Shown one piece after another: positions 12,814 to 22,112 of a stretch of DNA of 64,000 nucleotides (position 1 is the first letter of the stretch; each line of letters opens with the position of its first letter). This stretch comes from Lachnospiraceae bacterium (GTDB taxonomy: Bacteria; Bacillota; Clostridia; Lachnospirales; Lachnospiraceae), in contig JAFTPP010000015.1 in NCBI GenBank assembly GCA_017463255.1, forward strand, positions 8,803 through 72,802, in the 5' to 3' direction. The notes beneath the pieces were generated by a model. That model worked only from the letters and a program-made list of their open reading frames with translations. It did not search any database and was not told the DNA's origin. The position numbers were made by a program, and so were the translations under genes.

Positions 12814-13416
12814 ATGGGTTCACAATTAATTATTTCAGTAGGACGTGAGTTTGGAAGTGGCGGTCATGTGATAGCTGAAGCGTTGGCGAAACATTATGAC
12901 ATTCAGTTTATTGATCATCATTTGATGGAAGAGGTTGCTCTTGAGAGAAATCTCAATTATGAAGAACTGAAGGAATATGATGAAAAGGAAAAGAAACCTA
13001 TTATTACCAGAAGAATCCGTGGCTTAAGTAATTCACCGGAGGAAAATCTTGCATATTTACAGTTTGATTATCTGAAAAAAAAGGCTGTAAAAGGTGATTC
13101 TTTTGTGATTGTTGGCAGATGTAGTGAGCATGTACTGCGAGAGTTTAAGACTATGGTTTCCATATTCGTTTTGGGTGACAGAAATTGTAAAGTTAAACGT
13201 GTAATGGAAAGATATAACTTAAAGGAAAGCGCAGCAATAAAGCTTATGGACGAAAAGGACTTTAAGAGAAAGCGTTATCACAACAGTCACTGTGAAGGGA
13301 AATGGGGAGATTCCAGAAACTATGATATTTCTGTAAACAGCAGCAAACTTGGAATTGATGATACGGTAAAGATGTTAATTGACTATATTGACATGCGTAG
13401 AGGAAAAATGGACTAA
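12814..13416 (+). CDS. cytidylate kinase-like family protein (second paralog)
   Basis: ISVGREFGSGGHVIAEALAKHYDIQFID signature. Starts 18 nt after the permease stop with a GGAGG-type RBS. Confidence 0.8.
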   Translation: MGSQLIISVGREFGSGGHVIAEALAKHYDIQFIDHHLMEEVALERNLNYEELKEYDEKEKKPIITRRIRGLSNSPEENLAYLQFDYLKKKAVKGDSFVIVGRCSEHVLREFKTMVSIFVLGDRNCKVKRVMERYNLKESAAIKLMDEKDFKRKRYHNSHCEGKWGDSRNYDISVNSSKLGIDDTVKMLIDYIDMRRGKMD

Positions 13417-13420
13417 AAAA

Positions 13421-13448
13421 ATGGCAGCACGTAGGTGCTGCCATTTTT
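13421..13448. terminator. bidirectional intrinsic terminator
   Basis: atggcagcac-gtag-gtgctgccat stem flanked by an A-run and a T-run, between convergent genes. Confidence 0.7.
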
Positions 13449-13451
13449 GCA

Positions 13452-13841
13452 CTATCGATTTAAAACTGATAAAATGTGCTTTTTTATTGCATCAAAACTT
13501 TCAGGACTTATATCATGTTCCATTTTGCAGGCATCAGTTTTTGCAACGGAAGGTTCAACACCTATGTGAATCAACCATTCGGTGAGGAGAGAGTGACGTT
13601 CATAAACAGCTTCTGCTATATCTCTTCCTTCAGGTGTTAATGTAATGAATCCTTCTTCTGAAATGGATATATACTGATTCTCACGCAAATGCTTCATGGC
13701 TACACTGACACTGGGTTTGGAATAGGATAGCTCATTGGCAATGTCAATGGAACGGACATTGGATATTCTCTTAGACAATACCAGTATTGTTTCAAGGTAA
13801 TCTTCAACAGATTCTTCGGAACGATGCTTGTTATGGTTCAA
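13452..13841 (-). CDS. DtxR/MntR family metal-dependent transcriptional repressor
   Basis: EDYLETILVLS ... IANELSYSKPSVSVAMKHL wHTH. TTG start with GGAGG 9 nt upstream. Confidence 0.8.
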   Translation of the reverse strand: MNHNKHRSEESVEDYLETILVLSKRISNVRSIDIANELSYSKPSVSVAMKHLRENQYISISEEGFITLTPEGRDIAEAVYERHSLLTEWLIHIGVEPSVAKTDACKMEHDISPESFDAIKKHILSVLNR

Positions 13842-14059
13842 AATGAATAACCTCCATCAAAATAATTTATCTTATCTTACCATTTACCTGCAGTGATTAC
13901 AAGAAAATATTGACAATTAAAAAGTGTGGAAAATTCTTGGCAGTAATAAAGATAATGTGTTTTTTACTTTCTTGGCGAAATATGTCGAAAATAGGTGCAA
14001 TATGTATGGATTAGTGGTAAAATAAACTAAATATACATAATTATTCAGAGAAAGGAAGA

Positions 14060-16153
14060 ATGAATATGGAATATAATGAAAAACATTTTAAAGCGCTTGC
14101 TAACAGATATGTGCAAAGAGTGTGGTTTATTGTTAATATTGTGTTTACAGTTGCATACCTTTTAGAGGTTACCAAAGGAGCCAGAACATGGGGATATTAT
14201 GGTATTTTTATGGCATTGGCATGGGGACCTTTGATTGCAGGTTATCTTTTGTTGAAACTGAGGGGAGAGGATTCCAGATGGTACCGTGAGATTATGTGTG
14301 CCGGCTATGGTGTTTTTTTCGCTTTTTCTTTATTTACATGTGAGTCGCTGCTTACATTCAGTTACGTGTTTCCGATTGCTGCTTTGTTAATTTTATATAA
14401 GGATCATAAGCTACTTCTTCGTATTGAAGGGCTAAATATTGCCGTTATTATAGCGTACGCGGTGTATATCTTTAATACAAATCAGGATAACCACAGATTT
14501 TTAGCGGATGTAGAGATTATGGTTGCAGTAACTATATTGATGTATAGTGCATTCCTATTGGCTTTGATTTATCTTAGAAGCTCTGAAAATGCATTACTTG
14601 GTTCAGTGCAGGGAAACCTTGATAAGGTGGTTCAGACCATTGAATCTGTAAAAGAAGCAAGTAATTCTATTGTGGATGGGGTAACGGTAGTACGTGAGCT
14701 TTCTGATGAAAATAAGGATAGCGCAGATAGCGTTGTTAAGAGTATGAATAAGCTTACTGCCAATAATGAAACATTACAGGAAGCTACAACTTCTTCACTT
14801 GAAATGACTCAGAAGATTGATAAACAGGTTGAAAATGCGGCAACACTGATTCAGGAAATTGTAGGCTTAATGCAACAGTCAGTGACAAATGCAAAGGCAA
14901 GCTCTGAACAGCTTGAAGAGGTAGTTAAGTCAACTACGGAAATGGCAGACCTTTCTGCAGAAGTAGAAGAAATCTTAAAAGAATTTAAGACTGAATTTAA
15001 CATGGTTAAAGAAGAAACCGGAACCATTGAAAAGATTACAAGCCAGACCAACTTACTTGCATTAAATGCTTCTATTGAAGCCGCAAGAGCAGGTGAGGCA
15101 GGTAAAGGTTTTGCTGTAGTTGCAGATGAAATCAGAAATTTAAGTACAGGAACCAAAGATTCATCAACCAGTATTATGGAAGCACTTACTCATTTGGAAG
15201 ATACTTCTGATAAGATGATGTCCTCTATTTCTAAGACGCTTGAGTTAATTAATCTTACACTTGAAAAAGTTATGCAGGTTAATGAAAGTGTTAACAGTAT
15301 TACGGAAGACTCCATTAAGCTTGGTGATAATGTTCAGGTTGTGGATTCTGCAATGCAGGAAGTGGAAGAATCTAATAAGAACATGGTTGCTAACATGCAA
15401 CAGGTTACAGAGGTTATGCACCTTATGACAGAGAGTATCATAGATGCAGACGAGAACTCAAAAGTTATGAGAAGCAAATACGAAGAAACTTCTGCTAACG
15501 TTATTCATATTGAAGAGGTTGTGGGTAAGCTTGTAGAAGAGCTTGGTGAAGGCGGATTCATGGGTGTTAAAGACATAACAGAAGGTATGTTTTTATCACT
15601 TGGCATAGAGGAAGGCTCTGATAAGAAAGAACTGAAAGGTCGCGTTACGGCTACTTCAGAAGATACTGTTACATTTAACTTGCTGGTTGGAGCAGTCCAT
15701 GTAGAAAAAGGAGCAAAATACTCTCTGAGTGTTGTTGTAGATAATGAGTTATATATCTGGAATCATGTGAAGCTTCATGCTAATAAAAACGGTACATATA
15801 CAGCAACCGTGGAAACACATCCTAAGGTAGTAAACAGAAGAAAACATCCACGTATGCCGATTAAGAATACCTGTACCATAGCTTTAGAGAAGAGTGGAAT
15901 TACCGTTAACGGAAAAATGTTAAATATTTCTGCGGGCGGATTTGCCTTTGCTTCTTATGACAAGGCTTTATTAGTTGGTAAAGGACAAAACGTAAAAGTT
16001 GCTATCAACAACTGTGAAATAGATTCCGTGAAGGAATTGGAAGGATGTATTATCCGTGTAACAGATAATGAAGGTCAGTTCATTGTAGGTTGTCGAATGT
16101 TTGAAGAACGTGAAGACATTATGAAGTATGTAAATACACATTACGCTGAGTAA
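14060..16153 (+). CDS. methyl-accepting chemotaxis protein with multi-TM N-terminus and C-terminal PilZ domain
   Basis: MCP signalling hairpin [34 protein letters not shown]. PilZ motifs RRKHPR and NISAGGFAF near the C-terminus. Confidence 0.88.
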   Translation: MNMEYNEKHFKALANRYVQRVWFIVNIVFTVAYLLEVTKGARTWGYYGIFMALAWGPLIAGYLLLKLRGEDSRWYREIMCAGYGVFFAFSLFTCESLLTFSYVFPIAALLILYKDHKLLLRIEGLNIAVIIAYAVYIFNTNQDNHRFLADVEIMVAVTILMYSAFLLALIYLRSSENALLGSVQGNLDKVVQTIESVKEASNSIVDGVTVVRELSDENKDSADSVVKSMNKLTANNETLQEATTSSLEMTQKIDKQVENAATLIQEIVGLMQQSVTNAKASSEQLEEVVKSTTEMADLSAEVEEILKEFKTEFNMVKEETGTIEKITSQTNLLALNASIEAARAGEAGKGFAVVADEIRNLSTGTKDSSTSIMEALTHLEDTSDKMMSSISKTLELINLTLEKVMQVNESVNSITEDSIKLGDNVQVVDSAMQEVEESNKNMVANMQQVTEVMHLMTESIIDADENSKVMRSKYEETSANVIHIEEVVGKLVEELGEGGFMGVKDITEGMFLSLGIEEGSDKKELKGRVTATSEDTVTFNLLVGAVHVEKGAKYSLSVVVDNELYIWNHVKLHANKNGTYTATVETHPKVVNRRKHPRMPIKNTCTIALEKSGITVNGKMLNISAGGFAFASYDKALLVGKGQNVKVAINNCEIDSVKELEGCIIRVTDNEGQFIVGCRMFEEREDIMKYVNTHYAE

Positions 16154-16158
16154 AAGTT

Positions 16159-16196
16159 ACAGGCATATCCTGTGGGGATGGGATATGCCTGTTATT
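16159..16196 (+). terminator. intrinsic terminator after the MCP-PilZ gene
   Basis: acaggcatatcc / ggatatgcctgt 12-bp stem followed by a T-rich tail. Confidence 0.55.
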
Positions 16197-16215
16197 CATT
16201 AAGGGGGATTAGAAA

Positions 16216-17241
16216 ATGAGTTTAAAAATTCCGTGGAGAAGATATTTTGCCAGAAGTCTGGATATCGTGATTTATTCATTTATCTTTGATCTATTTATAT
16301 TGGTGTTTTTAAATGAAAATGTGTTGGAAAGAAGTATAGGGTGGGAAGTCATTGATACATTTGCAGTATTAGTGTTAATGTATGTGATAGAACCATTTTT
16401 ACTGCATTGGTTTAAAACAACACCGGGTAAATGGATTTTCGGAATTACGGTTCAGGGAAGAGACGGAGAAAAGCTTTCCTGTCAAGAGGCAAGGAGCAGA
16501 ACATTTGGTGTAATCATTTGGGGAATGGGTGGAAGTATTCCTATCCTTTCTTTGATTATGCAGTTAAAAAGCTATGAAGCAGTAAAGGAAGGAAAAACAC
16601 TAGACTGGGAATATGATTCTGAATTAGTCTTAAAGGATAAGAAAAAATGGAGAATCGTAGCGCATATAGCTGCATGGTTTGTGTTGGGTGCTTTAATGAT
16701 TTTTTCTATTTTTCAGACTGCTTTGCCAAGACATAAAGGAGAGTTAACCGTTGAAAAATTCAGTGATAACTATAATCGCCTTGCGACATTCTATGGAATA
16801 GATGATTTAGGACGGCTTAATGATGAAGGTGAATGGGTTGTACAAGATAATGGAAGCAGACCGTATTTAGATAGAAGTAAAGACGTTCCGCATCTTGAGT
16901 ATGTGGTTGAAAATGGAATTATTAAGAGCATCAGTTTTGAAACAATCATTGAAAATGGAACCGGACGCGCACCCGCTTATGCGGACGTGAGGCGCGTGCT
17001 GATATTGGCATATGTATTTGCTAAAGACGAGTGCGGTATTCTGCCGATACGTGATTTTAATGCGCTTATCGATATAATTCATTATCCATATGAGGATTAC
17101 CATAAAGAGTTATATGGTGTGAATATTTCATGTGATGTAGAGTATACCGGCTATTTACCATTGGGATATGAAATAATGTATGCGGAAACAGAAGAAGATA
17201 CCTGTTACTCTATCCGTTTTAAGATGGAAGATATGCAATAA
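16216..17241 (+). CDS. RDD family membrane protein with C-terminal soluble domain
   Basis: N-terminal WRRYFARSLDIVIY and multiple TM helices, typical of RDD. Confidence 0.6.
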   Translation: MSLKIPWRRYFARSLDIVIYSFIFDLFILVFLNENVLERSIGWEVIDTFAVLVLMYVIEPFLLHWFKTTPGKWIFGITVQGRDGEKLSCQEARSRTFGVIIWGMGGSIPILSLIMQLKSYEAVKEGKTLDWEYDSELVLKDKKKWRIVAHIAAWFVLGALMIFSIFQTALPRHKGELTVEKFSDNYNRLATFYGIDDLGRLNDEGEWVVQDNGSRPYLDRSKDVPHLEYVVENGIIKSISFETIIENGTGRAPAYADVRRVLILAYVFAKDECGILPIRDFNALIDIIHYPYEDYHKELYGVNISCDVEYTGYLPLGYEIMYAETEEDTCYSIRFKMEDMQ

Positions 17242-17307
17242 ACAATATATGAATAGTTTTTTTCTTTTTACGAATAATATGTAATAAAGAATTCTTTGGA
17301 GGAACAT

Positions 17308-18135
17308 ATGAAACTAAAATGGAAAAAAACGATATGTTGTTTGATGATAATATTACTTGGTACTATGTGGGGATGTGGCAATAAAAAAGAACCGCAGAGT
17401 GATGGGGAAAACAATAGTCCTAACGGGAATGTGATACATGAGGAAGTTGATCAGAATGTCCCGGAAGACGTTTCTGAAACTGATAAAAAAGAATATTTAA
17501 AGCAAGTCAGTATAATTGCAAACAACAAAGATATTTGGTATTTGCCTGCAGAGTATGAGAATGAAACCTATGAATATGCCATAACTGATCTGGACGAAAA
17601 CGGAAGGTTGGAAATTATTATTTCCGATATGGGAGGCAGTGGCTCTTATAGTCATAACTTCTTTTATGAAGTAAATAAAGAGCTGGATGGCATTGTAAAA
17701 ATGCATAATCCTACAGAACAAGAGAAAACCCAGCCTGACATTTTGATTGACTTGGAACGGGTATTTATTGATTCGGATGGAATTCATCATTATATTGTGA
17801 CAGACTATTTAAAGCAGGATGAAAACACATATTATATAACAATTGGAGTTATGAGTGTTTCGGAGAATCAGATTAGCCATGAATATTTGGCGAGCAGAAC
17901 AGAAGTGGAAACAGATAAAGGTGTAAAAGCGGCCCATAAGGATTTTGCAGGTAATGATATTTCGGAAGATGAATATTATCGCATTGTTAAGGAGTATTTT
18001 GAAGGATATCCGGAATGGAAGGTTCATATTGAGTGGCAAAGTGCCAGAGAATTAAAAGATATGAATGAGAAAGAACTGTTAGAGGAATTATCTAAGTCGG
18101 CAGAAGGATTTGTTTTCGAAAAAGTAAATAGTTGA
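17308..18135 (+). CDS. hypothetical lipoprotein
   Basis: Signal peptide with lipobox (TMWGCGN). GGAGG at 17298-17302 precedes the ATG at 17308. Confidence 0.6.
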   Translation: MKLKWKKTICCLMIILLGTMWGCGNKKEPQSDGENNSPNGNVIHEEVDQNVPEDVSETDKKEYLKQVSIIANNKDIWYLPAEYENETYEYAITDLDENGRLEIIISDMGGSGSYSHNFFYEVNKELDGIVKMHNPTEQEKTQPDILIDLERVFIDSDGIHHYIVTDYLKQDENTYYITIGVMSVSENQISHEYLASRTEVETDKGVKAAHKDFAGNDISEDEYYRIVKEYFEGYPEWKVHIEWQSARELKDMNEKELLEELSKSAEGFVFEKVNS

Positions 18136-18217
18136 CATCTTTTTTATCTCAGAATAGAATTTAAGATGTGAAAAAACATAGGGGAAGGAAGCAGAATGCT
18201 TCCGGATAGGAGGATTC

Positions 18218-18934
18218 ATGTTAAAGATTAGTCATTTGACCAAAAAATATGGCGATAAGAAGGCGGTAGATGACCTTTCACTGGAAATTGGAGCCGGTGA
18301 GATTTATGCATTTATCGGTCATAACGGCGCCGGTAAAACAACTACGATAAAAGCATGTTGCGGTCTTTTGAATTTTGATGAAGGAGACATTTGGATTGAC
18401 GGTATTCCGGTAAAAGAAAAGCCGTTGGAATGTAAGCAAATGTTAGCATATATTCCGGACAATCCGGACTTATATGATTTTATGTCCGGTATTAAATATT
18501 TGAATTTTGTAGCAGATGTTTTTGGGGTATCGAAAGAGGACAGGGAAAAGAGAATTGCAGAGTATGCAGATACCTTCGGCTTGACCGAGGATCTTGCGCA
18601 GCCCATTAGTGCATATTCTCATGGTATGAAGCAAAAGCTTGCCATTATCAGTGCGTTGATACATACCCCTAAATTGATTATTATGGATGAACCATTTGTG
18701 GGACTTGACCCGAAAGCGGCACATTCTCTTAAATTGATTATGAGAAATATATGTGACAATGGCGGAGCTATATTCTTTTCTACCCATGTGTTGGAAGTGG
18801 CAGAAAAGTTATGTGACAAGGTTGCTATTATCAAAGAAGGTAAGCTTGTGGTATCAGGCGGAATGGATGAAGTAAAAGGCGACTCCTCTCTTGAGAGTGT
18901 ATTCTTGGAATTGGAGGGAGAACAGGATGCTTAA
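18218..18934 (+). CDS. ABC transporter ATP-binding protein
   Basis: Walker A GHNGAGKTT, signature SHGMKQKL, Walker B LIIMDEP. Confidence 0.9.
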   Translation: MLKISHLTKKYGDKKAVDDLSLEIGAGEIYAFIGHNGAGKTTTIKACCGLLNFDEGDIWIDGIPVKEKPLECKQMLAYIPDNPDLYDFMSGIKYLNFVADVFGVSKEDREKRIAEYADTFGLTEDLAQPISAYSHGMKQKLAIISALIHTPKLIIMDEPFVGLDPKAAHSLKLIMRNICDNGGAIFFSTHVLEVAEKLCDKVAIIKEGKLVVSGGMDEVKGDSSLESVFLELEGEQDA

Positions 18935-20543
18935 AATATTGGTGAAAGCCCGCTTGCAGGGGATGTTTTCCACCATGTTCAGAGGGTCTAAGAAAAAGAA
19001 GGAAAAGAAGAAAAAGAATTCCCTTATTATGAAGATACTGATTGCGCTGTTGGCAGTTTATGTTATTGGAGTTCTGGGATTTTTGTTTGGTTTCTATTTT
19101 GATATGATGGCAGTGCCATTCCATACATTTGGAATTGATTGGCTATACTTTACTTTTATGGCGATTTTTGCATTTGCGCTTATGTTTATCAGTAGTGTTT
19201 TTATGACCTACTCTCAATTATATGAAGCCAAGGATAATGAGTTGCTGTTAGCTATGCCAATCCCGCCGGGAGCGATTTTGGGAAGCCGTATGATTAGTCT
19301 TTATGTAATCAATTTGGCTTTTGAACTGTTGGTAGTGGTTCCTGCTATGGTTGTATATGGTATGAATATAGGACTTGAGGTGATAAGCGTAGTCATGACC
19401 ATACTTATTTCTTTATTATTACCGTTGTTTTCTTTGGCACTGTCCAGTATTTTAGGCGGCCTGTTAGCAATCATCGGTTCTAAGATTAGAAATAAGAACA
19501 TATTTACAATGATCTTTTCGTGTGCATTTTTATTTGCATATTTTTACTTCTATACAGGAATTATGGAATATATGCAGATGTTAGTGAATAACGGCACCAT
19601 AATAGCAGCGAAGATAAAAGCGGTAGCGTTGCCTGTTTATTGGATTGGTAATGGTATTGCAGAGGGAAATCTGTTAGAGACATTGTATGTTATAGCAATT
19701 TTTGCTGTAGTATTTGGGATTGTATATGCAGTGTTGTCAGCTACATTTATTAAGGCGGCGACTACTAAAAAAGGTGTTGCAAAGCGTGTGTACCGTGAGA
19801 AGAGTCTTGTGGTTAGTAATTTAAAAGCTGCCTTATTAAAAAAAGAATTACGTCACTTTGTTTCATCCCCTACATATATGTTAAATGCAGGGCTTGGTGT
19901 TTTATTCAATTTAGTGGCAATTATTGCCATGATAATTAAACGCGATGATTTGGTTGTTTTGATTTCGGGTATCCCGGGAGTTAATAAGATGGTGGGTGTT
20001 ATTGTGGCAGCAATGCTAACGATGTTAGCGACATTGAATATTATTACAGCACCATCTATCTCTATTGAGGGAAAAACGTTGTGGATATCCAAGTCTTTCC
20101 CGATTAAAGCGAAAGACTTTTTACTTGCCAAATTAAATCTTCATGTGGTAATTACCATGCCTCCTATTGTTTTGGGAGCTATTGCTGCAATTTGTTGTTT
20201 TGATGTTACCATTACGGATTGTGTGATAATGCTTGTGTTACCGGTGGCTGCTAATTATGTGTGCGCGCTGTTAGGATTAATTATTAATCTGTATATGCCT
20301 AAGTTTAACTGGGATACAGAGGCGATTGCGATTAAGCAGAGTGGAAGTACTGTAGTTGCTATGTTTGGTTCATTTGCATTATGGCTTGTTCCTCTTCTTT
20401 TATATGCTCTTTGGTTATATAAGGTTATCAACATTGTCAATTTTGTTGTGGTGGTAACTGTCATTATGGTTCTTTTGGCAGTTGCATTATATGCCCTTTT
20501 GATGACAGCGGGAAGTAAGGTATACGGACGCCTTCAGTCGTAA
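18927..20543 (+). CDS. putative ABC exporter permease (multi-TM)
   Basis: Start ATG overlaps the ATPase stop (ATGCTTAA). Roughly 12 or more hydrophobic helices. The N-terminal KKKEKKKK segment resembles putative-ABC-exporter family proteins. Confidence 0.7.
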   Translation: MLKILVKARLQGMFSTMFRGSKKKKEKKKKNSLIMKILIALLAVYVIGVLGFLFGFYFDMMAVPFHTFGIDWLYFTFMAIFAFALMFISSVFMTYSQLYEAKDNELLLAMPIPPGAILGSRMISLYVINLAFELLVVVPAMVVYGMNIGLEVISVVMTILISLLLPLFSLALSSILGGLLAIIGSKIRNKNIFTMIFSCAFLFAYFYFYTGIMEYMQMLVNNGTIIAAKIKAVALPVYWIGNGIAEGNLLETLYVIAIFAVVFGIVYAVLSATFIKAATTKKGVAKRVYREKSLVVSNLKAALLKKELRHFVSSPTYMLNAGLGVLFNLVAIIAMIIKRDDLVVLISGIPGVNKMVGVIVAAMLTMLATLNIITAPSISIEGKTLWISKSFPIKAKDFLLAKLNLHVVITMPPIVLGAIAAICCFDVTITDCVIMLVLPVAANYVCALLGLIINLYMPKFNWDTEAIAIKQSGSTVVAMFGSFALWLVPLLLYALWLYKVINIVNFVVVVTVIMVLLAVALYALLMTAGSKVYGRLQS

Positions 20544-20575
20544 TTGTATAGGAAACGGATTGAAAGGATGTTAGG

Positions 20576-21418
20576 ATGGAACAGATAGATACTCTTTACA
20601 TATCTGATTTGGACGGAACCTTATTAAATTCAAAAGCGGAACTTGAAGGTGAGGCCGCTTATCGATTGAATGAATTGATTGCACGGGGCATGTGTTTTTC
20701 CGTTGCTACGGCAAGGACATATGCAACGGTGGATAGAATGCTTACTGCTCTTAACCGGAAGTATCCTGAGGTTCATATGAATGGAGTTATGTTGTATGAT
20801 CCTGTGGAAGGAAAGTGTATGGAAGCAGTCAATATTTCCAAGGAAGCTGTGAAACTGTGTTTTCAAGTGATGCGGGAATGTAATGTGACAGGATTTATTT
20901 ATACCATTGAGGATGGTGAGTTGATTCCATGCTATGAAGAGCTTGCAACACCACAGATGCAGGAATTTCATGATGAGAGAGTATTAAAGTATAATAAGTA
21001 TTTCCGTAAAGTTGAGAGTTTGGAAGTATTGTGTCAGACCCAAGTAATCTATATGTCTCTTTTGAATACAGAAGAGAAATTACAACCGGTCTATGAGCGC
21101 TTATCAAAGTGCAGTGATTTGCATATTTCCTATTATAAGGATATTTATGCAGAAGAGTTGTGGTATTTGGAAATATCAGATGCAAATGCATCCAAGGAAA
21201 ATGGTGTAAAGCGCTTGATTGAAATCTTAAGTCCAAAACGTGTGGTTGGATTTGGAGATAATCTGAATGACATCCCGTTGTTTGAAGCTTGTGACGTGGC
21301 AGTTGCGGTTGAAAATGCCAGACAGACGGTGAAAGAAAGAGCAGACTATGTGACTTTATCCAATGAGGAATTGGGAGTTCCGGTATTTATCGAAAAGGAT
21401 TTCAAATGTATAGGATAA
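20576..21418 (+). CDS. Cof-type HAD-IIB family hydrolase
   Basis: Motif I ISDLDGTLL and motif IV GFGDNLNDIPLF. Confidence 0.85.
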   Translation: MEQIDTLYISDLDGTLLNSKAELEGEAAYRLNELIARGMCFSVATARTYATVDRMLTALNRKYPEVHMNGVMLYDPVEGKCMEAVNISKEAVKLCFQVMRECNVTGFIYTIEDGELIPCYEELATPQMQEFHDERVLKYNKYFRKVESLEVLCQTQVIYMSLLNTEEKLQPVYERLSKCSDLHISYYKDIYAEELWYLEISDANASKENGVKRLIEILSPKRVVGFGDNLNDIPLFEACDVAVAVENARQTVKERADYVTLSNEELGVPVFIEKDFKCIG

Positions 21419-21497
21419 ATCTGTGAAAAAAGCGTTGACAGAATAGAAAGCTTATGATAATCTAGTAAAGGTTGTGACAGGTGAACAACCTTTACAT

Positions 21498-21569
21498 GCG
21501 CGAGTGGCTCAGTGGTGGAGCATCTCCTTGCCAAGGAGAGGGTCGCGGGTTCGAGTCCCGTCTCGCGCT
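21498..21569 (+). tRNA. tRNA-Gly (anticodon GCC)
   Basis: Manual cloverleaf. Acceptor GCGCGAG/CTCGCGC. D-arm GCTC-AGTGGTG-GAGC. Anticodon arm TCTCC-TTGCCAA-GGAGA. T-arm GCGGG-TTCGAGT-CCCGT. CCA is not encoded. Confidence 0.85.
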
Positions 21570-21576
21570 TAGAAAA

Positions 21577-21612
21577 AATAAGAATCGGTCGAAAGACCGG
21601 TTCTTATTTTTT
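21577..21612 (+). terminator. intrinsic terminator after tRNA-Gly
   Basis: aataagaatcggtc-gaaa-gaccggttcttatt followed by tttt. Confidence 0.7.
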
Positions 21613-21712
21613 GTGAGCACGAGTGCTCACGAACCCATGCATAAATGCATGGGTTCAAGGTCTCCGCTTCGCTCCGGTCGGCGCAAAACCAAGGTCCACC
21701 GGACCTTGTGCG

Positions 21713-21725
21713 CCGTCTCGCGCTT
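21713..21725 (+). repeat. 13-nt duplicate of the tRNA-Gly 3' end (ccgtctcgcgctt, also at 21558-21570)
   Basis: Exact match read directly. It is followed by a second terminator hairpin at 21729-21760. Confidence 0.7.
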
Positions 21726-22112
21726 CAATAAAAAACTCATCCATTCGGATGGGTTTTTTTATTGGACTCGATGACAGCTACAAGAGTTCCGGTCCGGTCG
21801 GCGAAAAACTGACATCCACCGGATGTCATGGAGCACCTACTTAGATCGGTGCAAAACAAAGAGCGGGGTCTGTACAAGCAAAATAAAATGCTGAGACCCC
21901 GCATAGTGCTAAAAATGCAAGTATTTTCATAAAATCATGTGCGAAAAGGGTATATAGAAGGAAAATAGAAAACTAGACCCCGCTTTTCTAATTTTGTGGG
22001 GTCTGGTGGAGTTATCTGTAATATATAAACCCTAGGGAATCAGTGATGCATGACTAAAAACTAACAGAACCTGTGTGCCTATATAATACAAAGGCTATGC
22101 ATAAGCCACGAT

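Noticed and set aside
21481-21844. 97-aa and 73-aa plus-strand ORFs
   Set aside because: They overlap the tRNA-Gly gene and a series of terminator hairpins and have an Arg/Ser/Pro-rich composition. They are not coding.
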